Below are positions 1 to 12,059 of a stretch of 64,000 bases of DNA, piece after piece. The translations under genes and the position numbers were made by a program. The notes beneath the pieces are model-generated. The model saw only the letters and a list, made by a program, of their open reading frames with translations. It did not search any database and was not told the origin of the DNA. This DNA comes from Orbicella franksi (Eukaryota). Positions within the stretch are counted from its first letter, which is position 1, and each line of letters begins with the position of its first letter. The stretch lies in the NCBI GenBank assembly GCA_964199315.1, contig OZ116699.1, positions 13,020,001 to 13,084,000 on the forward strand. The letters are read 5' to 3'.

Positions 1-220
1 AATCTCGCTGTGAATGTATAATATCTGCTCGCACTAGTTGTTCGCTTAAGCTTTTGCATTTCTTCTGACTTAAAAATAAGGCTTATGCAAAAAAACTCTC
101 TATTCTTGCGTCGAATTAATTTGTGAGTTTCTCAGAGCATGTTGTCGATAGTTTCTTATTATTTCTACTTGTTTGGTGAGTTTGCAGAAGTTTTTGGAAG
201 TAAAATCTGCCACGTACAAG

Positions 221-1184
221 CACAGGTCACCCAAGCGTAATATAAGAGTTTGTATAGAGAACTGTGCTAAAGTATAAGAGTTTGTATGGACATCAGGAGT
301 TGACATTAAATTCGTTCAATATAAGGACATGCCCCTTACATCCATTTGAGGGGCAAATCAGTTTCCGCTTCCTCTTGACTGTTTTTTTTTTTCTTTCGAA
401 GGTAATTTTTCCGGTTGACTGCAATTTTTGCGTCAGCCATATTTTTTCGAAACTCGGCTCAGTTTTTAGACTTAAAACTACATCTATTTTAATCGTGGAC
501 CATTACTATTTTTTTGAAGTAAAATTTATTTAATCGACCTCATTTTTTTATTTCTCACTGTTTATTTCTCCTAAGTCACTTCTTTTTGTTAGGGGGATTT
601 TTGTCCGCAACGAAACGCCATAAGTTTGTAAGTCTTAGATTAAAAATTTCTTGCCCTCCACCCGTGAGGTGAGAAATTGACCACGTTCCCAGTCTCGACC
701 GAGCGATGACGACAGCAAACTGATCAACTTAGCCGCGTCAAGCATAAATTGCCGCTATTTTGGCCGTCATATTTCAAGTTTTTGCCCAGCTAACACGGTG
801 AAAACTGAATGTGTACTTCATTGGACAGCAGAGAGAGAAACTACAGGCCTTACATCGTGAGTTCAGGGAGAAATATTGTGAGTAAATGCTATTTTTGTGT
901 GCAAATTTGACTCGTTTTCGAAGAGTGTTTTGTCGTCAAACTGGCCAAAGTTTCCTACCTTGTCTCCTATTTTAACACCGTAGGATAAACATATCAAAAT
1001 TCGCTCAAATCTCGTTTTAACTCTCCAGGATGAGAAAAAATGACATCATTGAATGTTCAAGAGTCTTTATTTGGTAAATTATCCATACATTGAACGAATT
1101 TAATGTCAACTCCTGATCTCCATAGAAACTCTTATATTTTAGCGACATTTCTCCATACAAACTCTCATACTTGGGTGATCTGTG
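221..1184. mobile_element. Non-autonomous TIR DNA transposon with ~110-bp inverted ends and a 7-bp TSD (P-element-like)
   Basis: The left end CACAGGTCACCCAAG...ATCAGGAGTTGACATTAAATTCGTTCAAT (221-320) is the reverse complement of 1087-1184. Subterminal TATAAGAGTTTGTAT repeats are present. Flanks are GTACAAG at 214-220 and 1185-1191. Confidence 0.75.
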
Positions 1185-1468
1185 GTACAAGTATCTAATT
1201 TACATTGTGCAGCGTGTGCACTTTCAAGTCAAAGACTTTTTTCCCAGTTTTTTTTTCTTTTTTTGCTGAGATGCTTCAACAATTTTCCCCAACGCTAATA
1301 GGCTATTGACATCATGTGTGGTTCTTCAACATATTGAAATTTCAGATTACGAAATGAAATCGGCAAGGAGTTTTGAGAACTCAAACAACAAAATCGAATT
1401 TGTTATTGGGGTTGATTAAAGAAAGTGCTACCGTAACTTTGCTGATTATGTTTGCTGTCTTCACATAT

Positions 1469-1823
1469 TAGAGAAAACCACGACGGCAACGGGAACGTCG
1501 CTAAACAAAAGGTTTAATGAGCAAAACAATGGTTCTGCACGTGCGTTATAATTCTTGCTACATTTCTTTGCCGTCCTTTGCAAAACAACAACGTGAAATG
1601 ACCAAATTCTGCGTTGTCCTGAGACCGTGAACCACGACGGCTATTTTTTAAATGTTTTTTAAATATTTCGCCCTGTCCCAGATTCAATTCCGTGATAATT
1701 TTGACACGAAGAAACAAAGGAAAATGACTTTAGAGTATCGCGAGATTCGCAGGTAAAAATATAAACTCATTTTTTTATAATGGACGTTGTCCTCGGCGCC
1801 GCATCCTGGTTTCTTATACTCCC
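1469..1823. mobile_element. MITE of the same family as 20508-20859 (degenerate left end)
   Basis: Shares ~150 bp (CCACGACGGCAAC...GTTTAATGAGCAAAACAATGG...GTGAAATGACCAAAT) with the 20508 copy and ends CTTATACTCCC|TA. Confidence 0.7.
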
Positions 1824-2369
1824 TATTTCTAGCTAAACTTCAATATGTTCTCAAACATTTATCAGTCTTAAACCTGGTATTTAAAAGCTAGAGATATTGT
1901 TTGAGTCCGATGTACGTTTTTATGCGAAAGAGAGGAAGTCCAACTTGTCATGTTTACCTGCAAAACACGCATCGGCGGACTCTCTTTTTCATCGACAAGC
2001 GGCCATTTATTAAATATTTGCACAAACAAAACTGCAGAGCTGTACTTGTATTGTATTCTCAGCCAAACAGATTTGTCAGAACGAGAATCGTGCACAGCTG
2101 GTGGGGTCGTTATTCTAGCCCAAGTTAGACTCCAGTAGGTGGCTTCCCTCTTTCAGTTCTGCTTTTTTAATCATATGACCAAATGACTGTACACCTACTG
2201 GCTTCAAATCTTGGTACATGGCACTCAGTTTGTCTCGTGCGCTTCAACGTAGTGCACTGAAGTTCACTCTAGTTCTCAAGCAACCTAGTTTTAGCCGGGA
2301 AAAAGTGTTTTCACTGCCTGACTGACGGGACAGTGTTTTAAAAGTGAAGTAGCGAATTTTTGTACTCAC

Positions 2370-2775
2370 CATTCTGTTATTTAATTCTTTCCTCGAGTCT
2401 CACATAACAATTCTTCTGCAGCAAGAAGACGCCACTGGTCCGCCATGTTGGAGCACTGCACGCGTCACGAACGGCTAGTCCTTTTTTTCGGGCGGTTTTT
2501 TTCACATCTTACTTCTGTTCACAAAAGTTGGCGGAGAGATACGCCGAAAGCTAGTCAGAGGTTTTCTCCTTTGCCACATAATTATTCTCGGTGACTGATC
2601 GGTTCCTCCGAGCATTTGCTTATTTTCCCGGCCGTCGAAACTACCTAATTTTTCGTTGCCAGAGTTTGCGCTTTCGGACCGCTTATTTAAAATTCAAAAT
2701 GGCCGCCACAAATTAAAACACAAGACACAAACAATAAAGTTCAGTTTATCTTTTATTCAAATTCTTAACGTAAGT
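2370..2775. promoter_or_regulatory. Possible bidirectional promoter with two outward-facing short first exons
   Basis: AACATGGCGG on - (2441-2449) with donor GTGAGT at 2369-2364, and AAAATGGCCGCC on + (2696-2707) with donor GTAAGT at 2770; CpG-rich spacer between them. Confidence 0.35.
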
Positions 2776-4269
2776 GTCGGAAGTGGCATAACGCGCGAAT
2801 GGCGCGCGCTCAGAGACATTTTGAATTTGTAAGTTACACGAACGATAATCGTGTGTAAGAGTGACAGTTTTTATGACACGTTGATAGAGAGTTTTTTTTC
2901 TTGTTAATTTATTGTTTAGCAACTCTAATATAAGAGTGAGCAATCATCAAGTACATGCATGTACTCAGTGGCTGACGGGCTCGGCCCATGATCGTGGTAA
3001 AATCTTCTTTTTCCGTCCGCTTAGTCGGCCTTCTAGCACGAGAACAATTTCTTTGGTGAAACGAAGGTGACTGTGCTCACGCCATAAGTACGTATCACTG
3101 GATTATGATGCCGGCTTACGAGTACTGAGTTTTTTTAGGGCGGCTTTAACGTACTTTAAAGATTCGCATGTGTAATACAGCTTCACTCTCGGCAGTCTGT
3201 ATTTCTTCCAGTCTCTAACGCTCCAACTGGCACTCGCGGTTCGAGTTTAGGCTTACTGAGGACTCTCTGAGAACCTCTCCTCTTCATTTTGAGGAAACGG
3301 AATGGTTGCGAACAATTGCATTTTTTTTATTTTGAACGAGGCATCGATCATGTGAGGACGCAACTGGGGGGCTGTCTGAAAGGAGGTTGGCTACTGTATA
3401 AGTATTCTGCGGAAGTCTGGGTTCTGGACCGCGCGAAGAGTAATTGTTGCCATGGTGCGTTGTTATGGTTTCAAGTTCGCCCACGTAGCAAAACAAAGAT
3501 AATGGCCGCTCGGTTTTCGGAAAATTGAGCAAAACGTATTATCTTCTGTTTCTTTTCTTGTCGAATTTTATGGATATTGTAATCTCGTTAGCAGCCAGTA
3601 CTTCTGCGTTTGTCGCGATTTTTTTTTTGTTATAAGTTCTTTTATTTTTCTTTTAAAAGATATAAGTAGTTCTTTTTAATCTATAAGAAGGATTATCAAA
3701 ACAACGCGGGAAAACAAAACACAACAACAACAAATAGTAGAATATATAATTTAACTACTCCAGAACTTTCAAAAATCACTTCAGAGACTAATGAAACAGA
3801 TGCACACAATCCCTCAGTGTCGCAGGCATGTGTTAGGCAGACTTTGGTGAAAGTTTTTGTCTTGTTCAAAATTATTTGTTCGATGCACAAATTCCTCTGA
3901 CCAAGACCAGAAAGTACAACCGCCATATAAACGTATGCTGACTTACCTTGCGCTTTCGCGGTTCGCGTGGATTTTTTAGCTTGATACATTTTTCCAGCAA
4001 TTCGAATTTCTCTCCAAGGATAAGATTTGTCTCTCTCTGTCTGAAATGGCCGTCTGAAAGATTTCTTTTATGACGTAGGTAAATATTGTCTGATTACCTG
4101 CGCGTGCCGGTAAAGCCCAGTCTCCCGCGCGATTTTACACCTGAATATTTCGCCGCGGTAAATCCTTTGAGACCACCTGCTCCGAGAGAGAGAGAGAAAA
4201 AAATACGAAAGCGAGTCAACTGACTTTTGACTGAGTCGATTTCGTATTGCGATAAATTTCAGTATGTTC

Positions 4270-4600
4270 AGAACACACCTGCACGGGTTGAATCTAAGAT
4301 TACCCCTGTTTTGATTGGCCTTCATTGGCTTCCATGCGATGCAATCAATTATCGCAATATTTTTAAGGTTTTATTAATAATTTATAAGTCGCTTAAGGTG
4401 AATCCCCTAGCTACTTGATTGATAGTCTTCATTATCGCTTTGGATCTTCGATATCTGTCAATGAACTGTTAGATCAGCTGAGGTCTTTCTCAAAAACCTC
4501 TGGTGACAGCATAAAAAACGGGTCATTTTGCAATTTATGTGCGCTGGCTCTTGGGCTGGCCTTACATATCTTCGCTACACAGTGCTGACGAGTCCCAAGA
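4270..4600 (+). mobile_element. Degenerate 3' fragment of an L2/CR1-type LINE ORF2
   Basis: ITPVLIGLHWLP...IFKVLLIIYKSL matches the HITPxLxxLHWLP...FKxLxLxYKxL C-terminal motif of L2/CR1-group ORF2. Confidence 0.6.
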
Positions 4601-5070
4601 AGAACGAAACAGCTATCCACTGTTGCGATCCTGCTTTATCGGTTCTGCGTTATATATATCCATATATTTTTGGCTGATCAGATCTCTTGTAGATCCTACG
4701 TTGGTAGCGTTTATCGTATGCGTTCCCTTGCAGTTTCTGGCTCAACTAAGAGACCGTTGTATGGATGTTGAACCATGTTTCAAGGTCTATAACTTGGTCT
4801 CTGTTTACTCTAAAAGCTTCAAACTTGGTCAAATGAATACTCTCAACGTGATCTTTCATGTGGTGGTGTCAGCTATATGCTAACTAACCTTTGGCTCCAA
4901 GCATTGGCGTGATGCATGTTTTGATAATATCGATCAATCATGAGAGCAAGCTCTTCCTTAGCTCACCGAAGAGAGAAAAGATCTGACAGATTACTTTTAT
5001 GACGTGGGTTAATATTGTCTAATCGGTCTAATCATCTCCACGAGCGCCCAGTCTCCTGCGCGGCCGTAAT

Positions 5071-5586
5071 TAGGCCTGTCCGGATTGTGCTCGTAAATCG
5101 CTGGAAAGTTGCTCCCTGGAATGCAAAAAAGTTGCTAAAAATTTGCCAAAAATCCAAAAAGTTGCTATTTAAATTTTATGATATTTTTATATAAAAGTTA
5201 ATTGAAAGCTTTGTTTTTCGTTCTTCAAAATAATTGCTAACATCGATCAAGGAAAATAGCTTGAATCTTAGCTTAAATATGGGCGAAATTTAAGGATACT
5301 CTAAAGTCTAACAGAATAAAACAATAGGCATGAGAAACGTTGTCAAGGCTATGACGGGCTGTGTGTTCAATCTTCGAAAGGTAGATAAATATTCAAGAAA
5401 TCGGCAAAAATTGAAGTTTTCTATGAAATCGTTGACTTTTTCGTGCTTGATATGTGCTCTAAACCTATATTTTGCTCAAAAGTTGTTCAGAAAGGCAAAA
5501 CTTTCTCGAAGTTGCTAGAAACGCAAAAAGTTGCTGCAAACGCCTAAAGTTGCTCAAAAGTTGCCGAGGCAATCTGGACAGGCTTA
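5071..5586. mobile_element. hAT-type MITE with an 8-bp TSD and internal AAAAGTTGCT arrays
   Basis: TIRs TAGGCCTGTCCGGATT / AATCTGGACAGGCTTA; perfect flanking duplication GCCGTAAT at 5063-5070 and 5587-5594. Confidence 0.8.
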
Positions 5587-5680
5587 GCCGTAATTGGATT
5601 ATCATAGAACAGTATACTTTTCTTTTACCCATCTACAAACCTACCTCGCAGGCTATCTACCTGCCTGCGTGACTCACTGT

Positions 5681-5683
5681 CAA

Positions 5684-5718
<35 letters not shown>

Positions 5719-5781
5719 TGCATGCAGGCCAGCCAGCCAGTTATCCAGCCAGCAACTCACCAGCCAGCAAGCTAGCCAGCC
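5681..5781. repeat. (CCAG)n microsatellite, degenerating to the right
   Basis: About eight perfect CCAG units followed by interrupted units. Confidence 0.95.
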
Positions 5782-6704
5782 TGTACAGTCAGTCTGCCTG
5801 TGTTTCCCGCTTACTTGTTTGTTTTCTTACCCACCTCCCAGTTTGCTTTCTTGCTAACCTACTGATTTTAAAAATATTTTCTTGCTTCCTTACTTATCCT
5901 AGATATTTCATTATCAGTATAGGCCATATGGTATGTGCAACACCAACTGAATGCATTTATCTATTCTTTCCCCACGACAAAAAATCAACTAAATAGTATA
6001 GTTCTGGAGTGATTTTGGTCTAAACCTGCTCCATGCGTTTAATAAGGTCTGTTTTATGCACTCCGGTCAGGAATTAAGAAGACTCTTTTTGAAGAAACAC
6101 GAGAAAAAATGTTACATCCGCCCCATGCCCCACCTAGCCAACCTCCGCGGGCTCCGGTCTCTCCGGTCTCTCCGAGCTTGGTTACAAAGTTTCTCGTAAT
6201 GGCGGCGGAATGATTTGAAAGTTTACTGTGTTTTCTTTTTGGAGACATGACCCTCTAGTTTTTAGTGCTATTGGAAATGAAAATGTGGTTTCAGACGTTA
6301 AAAGCAAGACACTCTGTGCGTGCTTTTACAACGGAAAACAGCCAAGGGCTTGTGGCTGGCCTTGAATACACGGACAGGAAAACAGAAATTCACGCTCTGA
6401 AGGTGAGAAACCCTGGGAGCAATAACCAATTGTGATTATATATCACCTAAAGAAATTGTTTCATATACATGCTGCTTTAGTGGACAAGCTAAAACAGTTC
6501 ATTCTCAGCTAGAAAATGATCAAGACATAGTAACAAAGCGATTGCAAAGATGGCATTTATGTCGAAGAAACAGCTTGGAGTGCTACCATGATACCGTACT
6601 TCTGACTTATTTCAATGCCGCATTGTTAATTTAAGCTTAATAATTTCGGTTTCACATTGGGAAAGCAACAAAGTGAAAAAATGCTGCCATTAGTCCCCGC
6701 GTGT

Positions 6705-7530
6705 GGGTGACCCGAAAACACTGACCCCCGGTCCGCGGACCCCCACAACGGACCAGGTCCGCAGACTACCCTACGGACCGGTCCATGGACTACTCCTACA
6801 GACCCCCTCTATGTACCACCCTAAAATAGTGTAAAAATGATAAATAAAAATTTCACTTATGGGTTGTCTAATAGATTCAGACTCATGTCGGTGCTTTTTC
6901 GAGTGTTACACTGTGTAAATGTAACAGACTTGGGTTTTTAACACCCCGCCCCCGTCCCTGCCTCTCAAAAAAAAAAAATGCCTGAAAGCTGTTTTCAGCA
7001 TAAGGAGATGCCAATGGTAAGGAGGAAAGTTCTTACCTTCCATTCGTGGCTCAATCTGGCTTTGGAAGATATATTTTTAGGCCGTTAATTGTTGTTGTAA
7101 CTGTTATTCCGCTGAGCAAATTGTGAAGCCTGGAACGAGTTCATAAACCCACGGGAGAATGGGCTGAACAAAATGGCAGAGGGGAAAGAACACAAATTTC
7201 GAGGCTTTCCGAAGGCTTCCCTGTATGCATCTTTCGTATACTTCCTTGCCACAGCAAAGGAAATGGCAATGTGTAATGATTTAAATTGCACCCGAGCCTG
7301 AATCTGGGTCTGTTACATTTGCAGAATGTAACGTTCGAAATTTCGCTGTCACGAGTAATCTATTAGACAACCCGTAACTGAAATATTTATTTGTTATTTT
7401 TATTATATTTTGGGGGGTGGTCCGTAGAGTGGGTCCGTAGGGGGAGTCCGTGGACCGGTCCATAGGTAGTCCGCGGACGCGGTCGGTAGTGGGGGTCCGT
7501 GGACCAGGCGTCAGTGTTTTCAGGTTACCC
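6705..7530. mobile_element. Foldback/Mutator-like non-autonomous element with ~230-bp TIRs and a 9-bp TSD
   Basis: GGGTGACCCGAAAACACTGAC... is mirrored by ...GTCAGTGTTTTCAGGTTACCC, and the internal GGGTTGTCTAATAGATT and GTAACAGAC segments are also mirrored. Flanks are CCCGCGTGT / CCCGCATGT (1 mismatch). Confidence 0.75.
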
Positions 7531-7548
7531 CCCGCATGTGAATGCTAC

Positions 7549-7608
7549 TTAACAATTAGACCCGTAGTCTGCAAGGGCCACAGGCCAATAGCCCATGAGG
7601 CAATGCCA

Positions 7609-7639
<31 letters not shown>

Positions 7640-7864
7640 AAAGGGTCTAGTTGTTTTAGTATCACCTAACTAGTCGGACAGAAAAGGCAATAATAAAGTT
7701 AGCTGATGCAAGTTGAAGAAATATTTACTTGAGAATAAAACGAAAGAAAGCTTCACGCTTGAGTGCACAAATTTTGCTACTCATGGACTATTACTAATAG
7801 CCTTCTAGTAGTGTAGCCAATTAAAATGCAGGATTTGCATTAGTCCACTAGTTGGGTGATACTA
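7549..7864. mobile_element. Composite interspersed repeat: ~100-bp hairpin plus a MITE-like unit with TIRs
   Basis: TAGACCC...AATAGCCCAT / ATGGGCTATT...GGGTCTA palindrome at 7557-7650; TIR TAGTATCACCTAACTAGT (7657) / ACTAGTTGGGTGATACTA (to 7864). Confidence 0.65.
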
Positions 7865-9403
7865 AAAGGGACTAGTCCTTTGCAACTAGTCCCCTAGTAG
7901 AAACTAGATCAAGGGACTTGATGTGGGGACTAATCAAAGTTACATGTTCACTAGTGCATGCCAACGTTAAAATTGATGTCTGTGGTAGCCAGGGCTGTCA
8001 TTGAATTTTAATTCACCTGTAGCCTTGATCTTCACACCTGCAGCAAACTTGTTACTTTATTGATGTGTGAATTGTATTAATTATAGGCCAGTTCACCTGT
8101 AACATCAAGGGTCCATCAAACAGACTCAGCCGTAACAGGTGTTACTGGTTACGGCCCTTACTGACAGCCCTGGGTCGGTAGCCATGGTGTGGTCTAAAGG
8201 ATGTCTCTCAGATAAATGACAACTATTTCAAAGTGTTCAGGGTTTTGTTGAATCACTAGTAAGGGCACCAGACCTGAGATGAAGAGTTTTATAGATTTAA
8301 GTCCTGTTTAATATCTAACCGATTTTCCAAAAACATGCCCGCTATTTTGGTGCAAAGTCTTCAACACGGTTTTCATAAATTCAGACATATATTGGCACAG
8401 AATGTCCTAAACTGCGCAGGGAATTCCCTAGTTTGATTCTAAATGCTTTAGAAAGATCAACAGAAATTAGACATGCTCGTTTTTCGACCATTCTGGGTCA
8501 TGCAGTTGAAATATATGTCTGGATTTATGAAAACGGTGTTAAAGACTGAATCAAGTGTTTTTGATTTATCTGTTTTTTTCATTTTTTTTTTCTGCTTTCA
8601 CTATGACAGCAGCTTGTAAATCTTACCTAGCGTGAAATGTAGAAACTCCTTGCCGCATGTTTAATTTAGGTATTTTTTTCATTATTTATCGACCACCCCC
8701 TCCAACCCCTTTTCAATTTGCATTAAGTTTAGCCTAGGCTACACTCGTCTGAATTCAGTTCACGCTGTGACTCTGACAAGGAGCGACCGATTAGCATTCT
8801 GTATTTGCTGTCTAAAGGAAGTCTGCCCGAGGACATCATTAAGTCCAATGAAGGCCCACTTCTAATGATTTGCTAGTAAGCGTCATCCATTATCGTACGT
8901 GAGGCAGGCCTGAGGAGATGTGTAAACTGTTCGGGTCACATTTAGTCCCGTAACAGTAGGCCGTTTGCCCTGTGGTGATAATGTTGTGCTTGCTATAGAC
9001 AGCAAAAATCTTTAGCCACGTCAATTTAGGACTTAGACGTGCAATGGACTAGACATTTCTAGCTGCTGTTGGCGTCATTTGCTCTGAACTTTGATGTAGC
9101 TAAAGAAAAAAAATCTGTTGAAATCTGGATGTGCCATTCTGCACTCGACAAAATTGAAGTACATCCGGGACATTGCTATTTGCGAGCAAAACATGGCCAC
9201 GAGCAGAGAGAAGAACATGAGTTCAAGTGCTGATCATGAGTAGAATTTCCTTGTTTTATCAATTTTAGGCGTTCTCAGCGTAGCTAACTAGCAGAACTGT
9301 CTGTGATTCGCTAGCCTGAAACAAATTTATTTGTGTGGCTTCTGGCGATAATTGACGTAACGAGAACACGTTGAGTGTTCGCTTACCGCTAACTATGGCC
9401 TAG

Positions 9404-11873
9404 TTTGAAGGTCAATCAATTCTCGATGTAGGAAGCTCTTGTTCAGTCCATTTAGGACGATGCAGGCCTTTAGGAAGCGATAGATTAGCTCTCCGCCGCG
9501 GTTTTGATATCTGTACGTTCGTGTTGATTTAGACTCCAATTTTATGTTGAAAGCACTCTTAATTTAATTGTACAATTCATGATTCAACAAAAAGACGGTG
9601 AATTTAGTCTTCCTGGCCTCAAAAGGCATACAGGAGAGTTATTTGCTGTTATTTGAGCTACGATAAGCCTCGTGGAAAGCTAGTTCTAGGACAGAATTAG
9701 ATCAAGGTTATCAGTGACAAGTAAAATTCTATGGCTATGTTTTTGCGAATCCGGTCAGAAATATATAATTACGTATTCTAACTGGCATTTTAATTGGTTC
9801 TCACTTATGATCTGGTGGAGGACATCTACATAACATTTTTTTGTTTTGTTATTAAATAGAACAAGTAGATTCCATTTTTTAAAAATGATTACATATGAAA
9901 TTCATTAAACACAAATAAATTACAAATTAAAGAATAAAAAACTTACAAAACAAAAAAAAACACACTACAAACACATGTTTGGATATTTGTCCGAGGTCGT
10001 TATCTGTTCTGAGAAGTGAACAGTTTTCCAAGAACATAGCTCAAGAAAAACTGTGAGCTTTGAGGAACAGATAATGTCCAAGGACAAATATCAGTTCATA
10101 CTTTCATACCAAATGGAAGCTAAATGTGTTTATTATCCTTCAAATATTTTTCACAACACATTCATGTTTAAAAATTAGGGAATGTCGCTAACTAAATTAG
10201 ACATACATGAACATACAATTTTACAAATGATATTATTTTTTAAATTCCATACTTTACAAAAATTGATTGGGTACATAACTTTGCAGATATTGGCATAAAA
10301 CATTACTCAGATTAACATCAAGTAGATTCCATGGTGCGTTTTGTCTGTTCGTCACAGAAGACCTCAAAATGTGGTACTAAGAACATTTAGTGACACACTT
10401 GGCTATTACCTTGTGTGCCACTGTTTTTGCACTTACCACATTTTGATGTCATCTGAGATCAATTATTAAACAGATACACAGCAACACAGAATCTATTATT
10501 TTCCTTTATTATATAGACATGAATGTTTTACTGGAAAATACACCATTTGTAAAATTCATTTGAAAACACGTCCAGGACTCAGGTGGCATATTTTCCATAT
10601 CCTTACTAGTGAAGAAGATCTATGATTTCATTGATATCAAGTTTGTCTCGATCGAAACATCTTTGGGTCTTCCTCAAAAGTCTTTGGCAATCTTTGGAAA
10701 TCTTTGGACATTATCGGAAAATGTTCGGCAACGTTTGTGTGACCTTTGGACAAGTTTTGGAGAATCTTCTGAAATCTTCAGAAATTGGTTGGAAATCTTC
10801 GGAAAATCGTCATCAGTCTATATTATAAAAAGAACATTACATGTTAGCTTGAAGATATATGAATTTTGTGTTCTCGTGGCGAGAACAATATCTCACTCGT
10901 TCAGAGCGCTCACTCGTAAGATATTGTTCTTGCCACTCAAACATAAAAGTCATATCTTCCCGCCACCATGTAATATCTAGGCTTGATCTTACAAGCTGCT
11001 GTTAGGGAAAGGAGCCCACGCTCCTCCCCAGAAGGCCCGATTGTACGCGTGAGGACTCTTTTGTTAGTCTTAGCCAGTCAGATAACTGCCCGCAGAATTT
11101 TGTTGGGCATAAATTATCTGATTTGTCAGTTCAATGGCGGTCCAGGATGGCGGACGATGTGTATTTGATAAATGTCCTGCAAGAGAACTTAAGAGAAGTT
11201 TAAGGTCGAAAGTTTAAAAATTCACAACGAGGAATGATGGGATAGTTGGTCAATGGCCAAGATGCGTTCCTTATTCAGCCAAGAAGATTGAGAACATTTG
11301 AATCTTGATAACAGATAACAAAGTCAACAAAGCGAGGGATGAACCTAAACAATGAGCTCAAGAGACAAAACAGTCATTCAAATAGATCTATAGCCTTCTT
11401 TAAGGATAGCGACTCCAGTCTCTGGTGAAGCCAGGCAAAATTAAATTTTTAGATGAGCTTAAGTGTGGGTAAAGCAAACCTGACTAGCAAAACTTACATG
11501 GCAAATTACAACTTAATGATGGAAACCATGCAGACCAGCATGTGACCTTTGACATGACCAGTTTGCTACAACACAGTCAAACACTGCTGCTTCCTCAGAA
11601 CACAGTGTCTACACATATAGTGCCGTTCCACAGCAGTAATGTGGAACAAACTAGGTTGGAAGAACAAAGTCTTAAAAATGAGAACAGAAAATGTACAAAT
11701 GATTCAAGTTGTAGGTGTCATGTGGGCCTGTCCAGGTTGTAATCAGATGACATTTCCAGTGACCAGGAGTGCCCCATGAATTAAATTAGGAGTATATGTC
11801 ACAGACATGCTTTGCTGCTCGTGCATCTAGGTGTTCTTCTCTGGGAGGAATGTAGACCAGACACGAGAGAGCG
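9404..11873 (+). CDS. Tentative upstream exons of the beta-propeller gene (9404-9512; 11831-11873)
   Basis: FEGQSILDVGSSCSVHLGRCRPLGSDRLALRRGFDI ends at donor T|GTACGT (phase 1), which joins TCTAG|GTGTTC to give CVLLWEECRPDTRER. The join to the next exon needs a weak donor (GTAGAA) and a GAG acceptor at 12061. Confidence 0.4.
10322..10497. repeat. Palindromic MITE-like repeat
   Basis: TAGATTCC...TCTGTT...CAAAATGTGGTA mirrored by TACCACATTTTG...AACAGA...GAATCTA. Confidence 0.6.
10505..10980. repeat. Interspersed repeat with internal (G)GAAATCTT(C/T)GG subrepeats
   Basis: Repeated AATCTTTGG/AATCTTCGG/AATCTTCTG units at 10680-10810; these account for the spurious 123-aa ORF. Confidence 0.5.
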
Positions 11874-12059
11874 GTAGAAATCAAGCCTATGTATTAATAT
11901 CCCCTATGAATTTATTTTGCATTTTGATTGGTTATTACAGGGTGTACTTGTGAGCCACCTTAAATTGACTGTTTTTGCTTGTTTTTGCATGGGAGTCAAC
12001 TTTGTAATTAATATTTTATCTAAATATTATTAATCTTAAATTATTTTTGTTTACCTCAG

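Noticed and set aside
3445-3461. RFX X-box-like GTTGCCATGG half-site (and GTGGCCATGGCAAG near 24962), of interest for ciliary genes
   Set aside because: Half or 2-mismatch sites far from a defined TSS are expected by chance.
5594-5996. QPAS-rich ORFs
   Set aside because: Translations of the (CCAG)n microsatellite.
6054-6248. Minus ORF MSPKRKHSK..., possibly a retroelement ORF1 N-terminus
   Set aside because: No supporting downstream domain.
8765-8880. KERPISILYLLSK, reminiscent of the LINE RT motif YRPISILPxLSK
   Set aside because: Too short and degenerate to call.
11140-11400. GGATGGCGGACGATG start-like context (MADDVYLINVLQENLREV-stop)
   Set aside because: Multiple stops follow and no domain is recognisable; probably a decayed transposon ORF.
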